DNA of 64,000 nt from Nemertoderma westbladi. Lineage: Eukaryota > Animalia > Xenacoelomorpha. The position numbers and the translations under genes were made by a program. The DNA lies in the NCBI GenBank assembly GCA_032718475.1, contig JAUCBJ010007751.1:1-64000 (forward strand). Reading direction: 5' to 3'. Positions 42,101 through 53,609 of the stretch are shown here, piece by piece (position 1 is the stretch's first letter; each line of letters starts with the position of its first letter). A model generated the notes under the pieces. It was given only the letters and a program-made list of their open reading frames with translations, was not told the DNA's origin and did no database searches.

Positions 42101-44421
42101 AAGGGAACGACGTACTATAGGACAACGGAACGACGTACTATAGGACAAGGGAACGACGTACTATAGGACAAGGGAACGACGTACTATAGGACAACGGAAC
42201 GAGGTACTATAGGACAAGGGAACGACGTACTATAGGACAAGGGAACGACGTACTATAGGACAAGGGAACGAGGTACTATAGGACAAGGGAACGAGGTACT
42301 ATAGGACAAGGGAACGAGGTACTATAGGACAAGGGAACGAGGTACTATAGGACAAGGGAACGAGGTACTATAGGATAAGGGAACGAGGTACTATATGACA
42401 AGGGAACGAGGTACTATAGAACAAGGGAACGACGTACTATAGGACAAGGGAACGACGTACTATAGGACAAGGGAACGACGTACTATAGGACAAGGGAACG
42501 ACGTACTATAGGACAACGGAACGAGGTACTATAGGACAAGGGAACGAGGTACTATAGGACAAGGGAACGAGGTATTATAGGACAAGGCAACGAGGTACTA
42601 TAGGACAAGGGAACGAGGTACTATAGGACAAGGGAACGAGGTACTATAGGACAAGGGAACGAGGTACTATAGGACAAGGGAACGAGGTACTATAGGACAA
42701 GGGAACGAGGTACTATAGGACAAGGGAACGAGGTACTATAGGACAAGGGAACGAGGTACTATAGGACAACGGAACGAGGTACTATAGGACAAGGGAACGA
42801 GGTACTATAGGGCAAGGGAACGAGGTACTATAGGACAAGGGAACGAGGTACTATAGGACAAGGGAACGAGGTACTATAGGACAAGGGAACGAGGTACTAT
42901 AGGACAAGGGAACGAGGTACTATAGGACAAGGGAACGAGGTACTATAGGACAAGGGAACGAGGTATTATAGGACAAGGGAACGAGGTACTATAGGATAAG
43001 GGAACGAGGTACTATATGACAAGGGAACGAGGTACTATAGAACAAGGGAACGACGTACTATAGGACAAGGGAACGACGTACTATAGGACAACGGAACGAG
43101 GTACTACAGGACAAGGGAACGAGGTACTATAGGACAAGGGAACGAGGTACTATAGGATAAGGGAACGAGGTACTATAGGACAAGGGAACGACGTACTATA
43201 GGACAACGGAACGAGGTACTATAGGACAAGGGAACGAGGTACTATAGGACAACGGAACGAGGTACTATAGGACAAGGGAACGAGGTACTATGGGACAAGG
43301 GAACGAGGTACTATAGGACAAGGGAAAGAGGTACTATAGGACAACGGAACGAGGTACTATAGGACAAGGGAACGAGGTACTATAGGACAAGGGAACGAGG
43401 TACTATATGACAAGGGAACGAGGTACTATAGGACAAGGGAACGACGTACTATAGGACAAGGGAACGACGTACTATAGGACAAGGGAACGACGTACTATAG
43501 GACAAGGGAACGAGGTACTATAGGACAACGGAACGAGGTACTATAGGACAAGGGAACGAGGTACTATAGGACAACGGAACGAGGTACTATAGGACAACGG
43601 AACGAGGTACTATAGGACAAGGGAACGAGGTACTATAGGACAAGGGAACGAGGTACTATAGGACACGGGAACGAGGTACTATAGGACAAGGGAACGAGGT
43701 ACTATAGGACAAGGGAACGAGGTACTATAGGACAAGGGAACGACGTACTATAGGACAAGGGAACGACGTACTATAGGACAAGGGGACGAGGTACTATAGG
43801 ACACGGGAACGAGGTACTATAGGACAAGGGAACGAGGTACTATAGGACAAGGGAACGACGTACTATAGGACAAGGGGACGAGGTACTATAGGACAAGGGA
43901 ACGAGGTACTATAGGACAAGGGAACGACGTACTATAGGACAAGGGGACGAGGTACTATAGGACACGGGAACGAGGTACTATAGGACAACGGAACGAGGTA
44001 CTATAGGACAAGGGAACGAGGTACTATAGGACAAGGGAACGAGGTACTATAGGACAAGGGAACGAGGTACTATAGGATAAGGGAACGAGGTACTATATGA
44101 CAAGGGAACGAGGTACTATATGACACGGGAACGAGGTAGTATAGGACACGGGAACGAGGTACTATAGGACAAGGGAACGAGGTACTATAGGACAAGGGAA
44201 CGAGGTACTATAGGACAACGGAACGAGGTAGTATAGGACACGGGAACGAGGTACTATAGGACAAGGGAACGAGGTACTATAGGACAAGGGAACGAGGTAC
44301 TATAGGACAAGGGAACGAGGTACTATAGGATAAGGGAACGAGGTACTATATGACAAGGGAACGAGGTACTATAGAACAAGGGAACGACGTACTATAGGAC
44401 AAGGGAACGAGGTACTATAGG
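39167..44421. repeat. 23-bp minisatellite, about 228 copies (GGTACTATAGGACAAGGGAACGA)
   Basis: Direct tandem repeat with recurrent point variants. Confidence 0.98.
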
Positions 44422-44791
44422 TATTTAACATATCTGAAATATGGAAATTATGAGAATTGGTTTAAATTTTCTTTTTCATATCCTTAGGTATTTGTACTGT
44501 GCAATTTTTTTTGTTCATGTACGAAAATAATAATAATAAAGGTGCGCAGCAAAGAGGGGGAATAATGCAAGGGAAAATAAAAATTATCAGACACCCAAAG
44601 CGAATCCGCGTAAAAGGCAGCTCGGCACCAGGTAGTGGCGTTAAACCGTATCCATATACGGAATGGGGATAGCTCGATGAAACTCAGTGAGACTTTATAT
44701 AACGTGCTAAACCTAAACATGGAGTGAGTCGGTACGCTAGTACTAGTAGTAAACTAGTAGTGAATGCCGCTACAATGAATATATAACTTAC

Positions 44792-44882
44792 CCGCCAATG
44801 TTGCTCCCGTCCAATGTATTTGTCTCCCTAGACGTCCCTTGTAAGACAGACTGGTCCAGGTTGGACTCATCCAAAGTGAAAT
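44792..44882 (-). CDS. Common coding exon 3, the last constant exon (DFTLDESNLDQSVLQGTSRETNTLDGSNIGG)
   Basis: Acceptor ttttcttatcgattttatcag|AT (phase 1, matches exon 2). Open frame, then strong donor GG|GTAAGT (phase 2). 91 nt, so too short for the ORF track. Confidence 0.8.
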
Positions 44883-45373
44883 CTGATAAAATCGATAAGA
44901 AAATAGTCAATAAGAGTAAATACAACGCGATACGGAACAAGTGAATTTCAATATTTGGTTCCGGTAGATATTCTCTGTTGAGATTCTGTCACATTCGGGA
45001 TCCCCATATTGTTCTACAAATCTTTAACAATATTGTTTCATAGTGCTAAGTTATAGTTTTAGAGGATAAAGGTTAAGGGATAGGAGCAGGCTACAGTGGC
45101 ACACGGCACGTTAGTCTAACCAAAACAATAAACGATAGCCAAAAGAACAGGTTATATTTAAATTCTTGACAAGACGACCCCTGATGGCCTGGCCCCTTTA
45201 GGACCAACGTGATAGAATATTTGGAATCCTCGGAACGCAAGCTTTCTAATGATAATTAAATAACGACGAGTCAAGAATGGCGGCGAATAATCAGATCGCG
45301 AAGTCAACAGCAAATCTTTAAATACCGACACTATTCCGTTACTCTAGAACTACCTTAGTATATCACCGCTAAC

Positions 45374-45708
45374 CTTGAATGCCACTACTGTTCGGTAAAT
45401 CTTGGTTTATTCCACTCAGACGAACTGCGGAATCGTTATAGACTGGATCCATCGTAGAGGAATCCAGGTCCTCACTCGGCGACATAAACTGTTCGACTCC
45501 CGTCTCTCCGCCAACGCAATCCATCGGGGATTCCGATTTAATCATGAGAACCTCGCCGGGTTGGGTTCCGAGTAGATTCCCTTCCAGTGGATTCGGATCA
45601 CCTTTAGTCGGGTCGGGGGTCAGCTCCTCTTGGGTAGACACCATGGAGACGGACTGCTGGCGTCTCAGCTGTAAACTCGGCGTCTTTCGACCACGGTGTA
45701 TACGGAAT
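45374..45708 (-). CDS. Common coding exon 2 (RFRIHRGRKTPSLQ...VLMIKSESPMD...NSSGIQ)
   Basis: Acceptor tattatcttctag|A TTC (phase 2, matches exon 1). Donor CAAG|GTTAGC (phase 1). Acidic linker with an IKSE SUMO-type motif typical of transcription-factor linkers. Confidence 0.8.
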
Positions 45709-46468
45709 CTAGAAGATAATAGAGTATAAAACCGATTTCGGACAATATTAGGCCTATACAGGGTGTCTCTCGTAATTTTGGAATAACTCTGGTAAATAAA
45801 CCAAAACTAATTGATTGTATGTTAATCGGAAGATGATCTCAATTTAAAGCTAAATAATTCCAGAGATGCATATTGTTTTTGGCAGCCTTTCTCCAGGATA
45901 TACTACCGGCACCTCATACATTACTTGGAATTATTTTAACTCTGTGGTGCCTTATAGCATAGAGGAGTGCACATGCACACTTTTAACATACCGGTACTGT
46001 ATAAAGCAATAATTACCTGATTACACGAACTATAACTAACCTACCAGACCAGTATCCTATGAAGTTTAATGTTCATTTTAAGGTCTACCTATGTCATTAT
46101 ACTCAAATTCAATTAAATTCAACCAAATTATGTATGGAAATCATTAGAGTTCATTGGAGTCTAGGGAACTATAGAACAAGACCATACCGATAGAACCTGC
46201 TAATTAAAATATTGAAAATAACTAGGTATTAGTATAGGTAAAGGTACCGCACATTGTTAGGAATTATAATAAATGTTTCAGTTATCCGCGTAGCGGAAAT
46301 CGTTTACCCGGCTTTGAGCTTTACCACGTCCCGCACTGCAGCATACCAATATGATATTATAAACAGTAACACAAACCTTAGTCAAGTTTTACTAACACCA
46401 AACATTAGGGCCTGGTGCCTGGCCTACTATATACTATAGACATAAACCACAAAAGTGAAATAGCTAAC

Positions 46469-47016
46469 CTCGATCTATTATGCATAGAGTATATATTTCG
46501 CGTGTTGGTTTGTCGACCAGCGGCACCGAATCTAAGATTAGGGGAGTTTCCCCCGGTAAGTGAAGGGCTCCTTAAGCGGGGATGGGAAAAGGCCAGATTG
46601 TCCGGGATTCCGGGATGTGAAGAATGGACTGGTGGGGGATCCAATGGAAACTCCTGGTCTTGGGACGTAAACGAAGTCGACATACCGGGATCGTCATTAA
46701 GGAAAGAATATGATTGGTCGTAATGTTCTTGCGATATTTGTTCATTGTGAATGACCTCTCCGGATACATTAGTATCGGAATTACTCGCAATGTTCTCTGA
46801 GTCACTAGTCAACAATTTCTGTAGCCAGGATGTGATACGCCCGGCATTGCAACTGGATGTCACGTATTCATCGAGGAAGGCCGGGTCGTTATTAAGGTAA
46901 TCCCTTAAAAAGCTACGCATAAACAAACCATTCTCTAGACAGAGGTTGATGAAAGATGTCTTTGGGATCAAAAACGATGACTCAAAATCAAGAGTATCTG
47001 CATGCCCTTGTATCAT
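46469..47016 (-). CDS. Common coding exon 1 (MIQGHADTLDFESSFLIPK...SMHNRSR)
   Basis: ATG at 47016 with an in-frame upstream TAA at 47085-47083. Donor AG|GTTAGC at 46469/46468, phase 2 (548 nt). Confidence 0.75.
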
Positions 47017-47143
47017 GATTACAGCTTCAGTATCAGTATATATATATAGGTATACACTATACAGGTATACTGACTTATGCAGTTACAGTTATGTTGAATG
47101 CCGTCCGTGTGCCGTGAAAACTGTGAGGCTGGCAGGAGCAAGA

Positions 47144-47273
47144 CTGCAAGAGCAGAAGATGGAAGAGGTAGGCATAAATCCACAGGTCAGGTGTTACTGT
47201 TAGGCTATACACCTACCGGTAGGCTAGCCTGCTAGCTGCCTAGACACTATACTGCTATATACAGTCAGACTGA
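47144..47273 (-). promoter_or_regulatory. Candidate core promoter (TCAGTC initiator), short 5' UTR exon and 73-nt 5' UTR intron of the TF gene
   Basis: Minus-strand TCAGTC at 47273-47268. Donor GTAGGT at 47216, CTGAC branch-like motif, long pyrimidine tract cctcttccatcttctgctcttgcag| ending at 47144. No ATG between that acceptor and 47016. Confidence 0.4.
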
Positions 47274-48576
47274 ACACCGGGTCAATTCGCCCCTCGACCT
47301 ATTCGATACAAGTCTATTCGCCCCAGATGCCAGATTTCAGGAGTATAGTTTAATAGTTTAAAGGGTGATGAGGAAAGTATAGGCTGATAGGCCTATGGAC
47401 TTGGGGCGAAAGGACTTTGACAGTTAACCGATTCACCCCAACTTTCAGACTTTAAGCAGTTAAGTCCGTAGGTATAAGTATATAAAGGACTTTATAAGGG
47501 ACTTTATAAAGGACTTTATAAATATAAAGGACTTTATAAAGGACTTATACTGTTATAAAAGGACTTTGTTATATATAAAGGACTTTGACAGTTAACCGAT
47601 TCACCCCAACTTTCAGACTTTAAGCAGTTAAGTTCGTTCGCACCAGACAGCCAGGTGACTTTATTTAAGGGTCCTACGAATTACCCAAAAAAACACAATA
47701 TTACCCAAAAAAAACACAAAAATACACAAAAAAACACAAAAAAATACAAAAAATTACACAAAAAAAACACAAAAATACACTAAAAAACACAATATTACCC
47801 AAAAAAACTACCCAAAAAGACAAAAAAAAAATGTTTTTCATAAACAATGTACCGGTACCGCTACCGGTAGGGTAAGATACCCCTATTCCGGACATTGCAA
47901 ATTCCGGACAACCGACTCAAATTCCGGACAAACCACTTATTCAACACAAATTATACCACGAAAATTAAGAATTCTGCGGTTTTTCTGTAACCTGTCTTCT
48001 GGTCTGTCTGTATTGCATTGCGTTACTTTTATTACTGAATTGAGTAGTAGATTATTCCTAAATGTATAAAGGGCCCTCAGAATAGGATAGTCAGTTACAT
48101 AAGGCCTGACTTTTGCTATACAGCTATTGCTATGCTATACACCATGTCCCGTAATATAGTGTCATTTTCTGATGACCCCCCCCCCCCCCCAGATTATTCT
48201 ACAAATCTTTATTATATTGCTTGAAATTTGACACACCACTAGTTCCACTCACCCTCGATTAACCCCATGAAACAGGAATTTTCGATTTTGTCTTTAAATT
48301 TTTTTTATAAGCGTTTTAAAAAAGTGTCTTTTGCGAAATCGCACCCTCCGTATCGTGGACATTCTTCACATTAGTCGTAATTTTTTTAATATAATTAGAA
48401 AGCTTGCCTTGCAAGGATTCGAAATATGTAACAATATCTAAATTTCGTTGAGAAACAACTGAGATATAGGAGTTCAAAGATTGCAAGAATTATCGTTCGC
48501 TGGAGGCGGAGGCCATTTATTCAATGTAATAAATACACAATGTTCTGGAACATTTCTACGCAATATATATATATTG

Positions 48577-50445
48577 TAGGGCTCGATCGGAGTTGGGATT
48601 TGGCCGGAGCCGGAGCCGGAGTTGGACAATTTGGCCGGAGCCGGAGCAGGAGCCGGAGTTTTTCAAAAATTTTAAAAATTTAATTATTTATTTAACCCTG
48701 CCCCGGTATGGTAAAAAATTATCCTTCACCGGTAACATGGGGTATTTTTATACCCCAAATTGATAAGACATTTTAAGTAACATTAAACAGAAAAACACTT
48801 GCAATCCCCCTCCCAGAATTTGCCAAATGGTGAAAAAATAAGTTGTGAATTTTTTTTTTCAATTTGGTTGAAGTCTACCCAACGCTCAATGCCACAAAAG
48901 TTATCCCACTACAATCGCGATCATCGTTAACGTCGCGATGGGGCGTTTTGCAACAAGATACTATCATAGCGAAGCATTAGCTGTGAGAGTGTTTCTCATT
49001 TTAGGTTTTTTAGTGGTGTTATGGGTCAAGTACACCCTGAAGTATACCATTGCAGTTCCAATAAGCATAAAATGAGTCAAATACCGCCACTAAAAGTCAA
49101 CAAAGTGATATATATATACAGATATATCACCTCGCAATAGCACAAGATCTTGAATTGTAATATGAAATATACACCATGACTGCAAAAGTACTGATGATTT
49201 GGTCATAATATGTGATTATTGTCCAACTAAATTACACATTGCAGTTTCAATGAACCCAAAATGAGACCCAAAAGGCCAGAACACCTCTAAGAAAGCCTAC
49301 ACAATAAGAATTATTCACATATACTTAGCAATCTATCGCATCGCGATTAGGCCGAAGTCTTGGCTTGTGAAATACAGGCCATACACAATACAGTAGCTTC
49401 ATAATACTGATAATTTGGTCTTAAAAGACAAAGTTAAAACATGCCTCTAGCTGTCTAGTACAACTAAATCGACCATTGTGGTTCCAATGAAACCAAAATG
49501 AGTCACAAAGCACCACTAAACGAGCACCATAACGTTATGGGGTATTTTTATACCCCATCTTACCTAACTAAGTTGTTTTCAAATTAAGGGCCCATAACAT
49601 TTTTCATAAACAAAATTTTATGGGTTTGACCCCCACAATTGTTAGATTACAAGTTTTTTGGAAGATACTATGAAGTTGGACATACATAATATGAGAGATT
49701 TTCGAAAAATATCAAAAGTAATCCCCTTGGGGTATTATTTTACCCCACGTTACCGGGGGAGGGTTAAAAAAAATAAAGTATGGTTATCGTTCACCAATCG
49801 CTCATAATCAATCATACTGCTGTACTGTAGGTCTAATTAATTTCATAATTTATAGATTTACGAATTTTCAATTTAAAATTTAAGTAGGCCTAATTAATTT
49901 ATCATGGACAGACGGCCTGACGCTGACGGCGACGGCCTGATGCTGACGGCGACGGCCTGACGCTGACGGCTAAAAATTACCTACAGTACCTTCCTCGCTA
50001 ACTGTCTAACTGTGGTAGAGGTGTGTACTGTAGGTCTGTAGGTAGCCTACCGTACGTGTACCAGTACTGCAGTAGGCCTACAGTATGCTGGCATGACAGC
50101 AGTAAATGGCTGCAGTGGTAGGCCTACAGTCTGACAGTGTACAATCATAGCATTTACAATTTTTTAAAGTAGGGCCTATCTGTAATAGTCCTCTAGTCAG
50201 CCAGCTGGCCAGTACCAGTACTGCCTGACTGCAGTACAGTCAGTCAGTCATTGACTTTAAGTAAATACTGCAGTATTATCAGATTATATTTGATATTGAA
50301 GCTGTACTACAGTAGGCTAATTATAGTGTTAAATAATTGTTCAGATTAGAATATGCACGAATTATAATACTTTATTAAAAAATTAACTCCGGCAATATTT
50401 TTACCGGAGCCGGAGTAGGAGCCGGATATATCTGTAGCGACCCTA
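48577..50445. mobile_element. hAT-like non-autonomous element with GCCGGA subterminal repeats
   Basis: Termini TAGGGCTCG / CGACCCTA with (GCCGGA)n clusters at both ends; TSD not evident. Confidence 0.55.
48696..49763. mobile_element. piggyBac-type MITE
   Basis: TTAA on both sides (48692-48695, 49764-49767); TIRs CCCTGCCCCGGTA / TACCGGGGGAGGG. Confidence 0.8.
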
Positions 50446-50468
50446 AAAGAGTAAAGGTTGTCTGTGAG

Positions 50469-50600
50469 GTGAATAAGCCTGCTAATCGTCAGACTGCAGG
50501 TCCCAGTAGAGAGAATACCACCATCCTGGCTTGTGGTGATGCAACTGGGAAATTGATGGCTCCAATGATACTATTCCAAGGCAGAGTTTTTGGACCAGTT
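50469..50600 (+). pseudogene. pogo/Tigger-like DDE transposase fragment
   Basis: RENTTILACGDATGKLMAPMILFQG matches the conserved start of the pogo-type DDE_1 domain. Confidence 0.65.
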
Positions 50601-51282
50601 GGATCCCTGAGCAATCCAAGTTATATGTTCGCGCTTTTAAGACCTTTGGCAGTTTAACCCGCCAAATCTATATGTCTTCTAGGTTATAAATCGACTTTAG
50701 CCTATGACAAGTATTTGACACAAATAAATCCAACATTAGCCGAAGCCAGTCTATGCGCGACCATTCACCCGCTGGATATACCCGGGAGACTGGATTCGGA
50801 TGCTTTAATTTGATTGCGGTGCAGGCCTACCGTACTATTCGATTGATCGTTAATATATAATCCCTGACAAATATCATTCACTTTCGGGAAATATTAGCAG
50901 TTCCTTTAGGACGTGGCGCTCTATCTATATAAACAGAGCTATGGCTTACACTAAACACAACGGAATGGATTATAAGTTACACATAAGGCGCATTCTTTAG
51001 GAGATGCTTTGTTACGCGGACAAGCACATACAGACTATTGCACACCGCTGCACACTGAATTGACGATAGTCACTGATTTTAATCATATATAAAGAGAATA
51101 GCAACCGACATTTGTAGGGCCTATAAAATAGCATTCAATTCACTACAAACCACGATAATATAAGTCGCAATTGCTATATGTAACCGGTCTCTCTAACCTT
51201 AGTGTATCAAGAAGATCGGGGTTTCTGATCGTTTATCGTTATTCTCCAAATAACAATATGTAAACAACTGATACAATTAATA

Positions 51283-51649
51283 CTACTAGGATCGGCATGC
51301 TGCATTGCAGCTGCATTTTTAAGAATGCTGTGCCGGCTTGTCAACAAAATTGCACCGCCACAACTCCCTATCACCCATGACATTTGCTAGATCATCCGCA
51401 TCTTTAAGGCCAGTGTCCTTTAAGATGCGTCTCAAGAAAGTCATGGGCTGTCCACCATGCTTATTCACTCCATGAGGCTGCCAAAGTACAAGATTATGCA
51501 CTGGCTGGTCCTCACGGCGAAAGCAATGTCCTGCAAAGCGGAGGCGATTTTGTTCTAGTGTCAAGCTTGGAGGAACCAATGAGACACCTCCAATGTTATA
51601 TAGTGTCTGGTTGGAGATGTGTGCATTGCACTTGACACAATGAATGACA
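51283..51649 (-). mobile_element. Short 5'-truncated RTE LINE copy with TSD
   Basis: Matches the RTE 3' end; (TAG)n tail; 12-bp TSD ATACAATTAATA at 51271-51282 and 51650-51661. Confidence 0.9.
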
Positions 51650-52632
51650 ATACAATTAATAACAAACAGTAAATAGCAGTAAATAATGTGCAATACAGCA
51701 GTAGGTACCGTACCGTACCGGTAACAGTTATGTGTTCTTATAATTAAAGCCGTTCTAATGTTGGAATAATTCAGAATAATTCCATAGCCGATGTTCTAGG
51801 CTCTGGAAAAACCAACACACTGAACCCTGTGAGCTGTTGCAGGTAGCTTTCAACACAAAGAGGAAAAGCTCTCATTGGCAGAGCTCCATATTCCACAGAT
51901 TCTACGAATGTCTAAATGCTGAACTATTCGGGTTTTTGCAGCCCTTAGCCAACACACAGGATGAATCACTCTGCTTGGTTGACCTTGCTCTGGTTGGTTG
52001 ATCGAACAGAACAAAGAGGCCATACGTACAGCAAATCAGCCAATCAGCCGGTAGCTTGCATCATTTGAGTTAGGGAGTTTTTCTTTAGAGTATTTGAGCG
52101 CATTGAGGGAAACTGGATTGCGAAGCAAAAGGGCCAGTTATATCCCACAAAAGCTTTTACACCGTTCCCAGAAAATGGGATTTAATTCTATAAAATATAA
52201 AACATCACAGTTTCTAAAATATAAAAATACTCTAAACAGTTAGTCTTTCTTGCGTGGACGGCGTTTACGCAGTTTTTTAAAGCTAGCAAGAGTCCTTTTC
52301 TCTTTGGGGGGAGCCACTTTACTAGGAGGGCTATAACTCCTGGGTGAAGGGTGCAATATGATTGCATCAGAAGGTGTAGGATTATGGTCGGGGTATCCGC
52401 CGTTTCGATATGCTTCTCCTCGAGCTGATTTTCCTCCGCTCGTAGCTGGATACGTTCATCCAAAAACTCTCGCAGAGAATAGGGTCGTCCAAGTTCGATA
52501 ACTTCCTAGAGATTCTGGATTTCCCGATCGAACTGAGATAAAGTTACTTTGTTTACCGCTTGGACTTACTAGTGCAATTTACGTTTATCTGAACAAGCGT
52601 AAGTTCCTTTTCTGATCTTTGTAGAATAGCGT

Positions 52633-53609
52633 CTAACTCATTTGGTACAACGCTCTCCGCCACTTTGGTGACAGGTTATATCGTGTTAAGCCGGGACGAT
52701 GGTAAGGGTTAAACGGCGATATTAAATGTCCGCGTCCCAATCCGGCTAGGTAGGATGGGCTAATATCTAGGAAGCCCACAACCGGGGTGCCACCGACTAA
52801 TTGTTCAGGTAACACTAGATCTTTGAACAGTGAGTACAGCTCGGGAGGATCCGTCATACTAATAGGATCAAGAGTCTGAGGTCTCACTAGGGAATGAGGA
52901 GGTCTGATCGAGTATTCCGAAACTCTGATCATTGGTTTATTTAAGGATCGTCTGAGTCGAACGAGCGTAGGTGATACGTCAAACAAATTTCGCTCGAAAC
53001 TCCCGCAAGTATAGCGAGTAAAACCGTGTTTAGTGCAACGTCTCCGCGGATGTTTAGGTCTTTCCGTTTGTTGGTTGGGTCTAGGGCATTCATCGCAATA
53101 ATACCAAAGACGCACGTCTTGTAGGGGAAACGCAAGTGATCTTTCTCCAGCTTACAATATTCCTCCATCTGTTCGAAGCTATCCGGTACAACAGGTAGCG
53201 GTCGATCGGCGGTAAGATACATCATAGTGGAATAGAGGCGTTTGAGTTCTACAATGCGGTCATGATGTATACCTTGAGGATATCGAGTTTCTAGATTCTG
53301 TTGACTGGTAATATCGAGATAGGTTTCTCTCAAGAATTCCAGATATTTGGTGAAGTCGCTGCGTTTATCCGGCTCTTCAACATCTTCACTTTCGAGTCGG
53401 TTTCGAATAGAATTTTCGTGTTCGAGTCTCAGTTTATCATTCCGCTTCCGCTGGGTATGATATTTAAATAAAACCATTTCCCTTTTGGTGTCTATATCGT
53501 TCGTATCGTGTAGGTCGATAGGATGACCAGTAGTTAAGAAGTCCATATACGTACCATTTACGACGCGCACAGCGAGCGGTGAATTTTCTACAGTCCAACC
53601 CACGCGCAA
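52633..53609 (-). CDS. Unknown frameshifted ORF (222 aa plus overlapping 160 aa) downstream of the BEL/Pao pol remnant
   Basis: Protein-like composition, same strand as gag, overlapping frames consistent with one frameshifted gene; no motif recognised. Confidence 0.4.

Larger units (their letters stand above)
10613..47016 (-). other. Multi-isoform transcription factor gene: three common coding exons plus at least six alternative 3' terminal exons encoding different DNA-binding domains
   Basis: Canonical GT/AG sites with consistent phases. Common exons chain phase 2 -> phase 1 -> phase 2. All six DNA-binding-domain exons lie on the same strand, begin at a polypyrimidine-YAG acceptor in phase 2, and end in their own stop codon. 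Confidence 0.85.

Noticed and set aside
10613-44791. Opposite-strand variable exons that would force trans-splicing, as in mod(mdg4)
   Set aside because: I found no plus-strand zinc-finger or HTH exon. All six are co-oriented, so cis-splicing is sufficient, though trans-splicing is not excluded.
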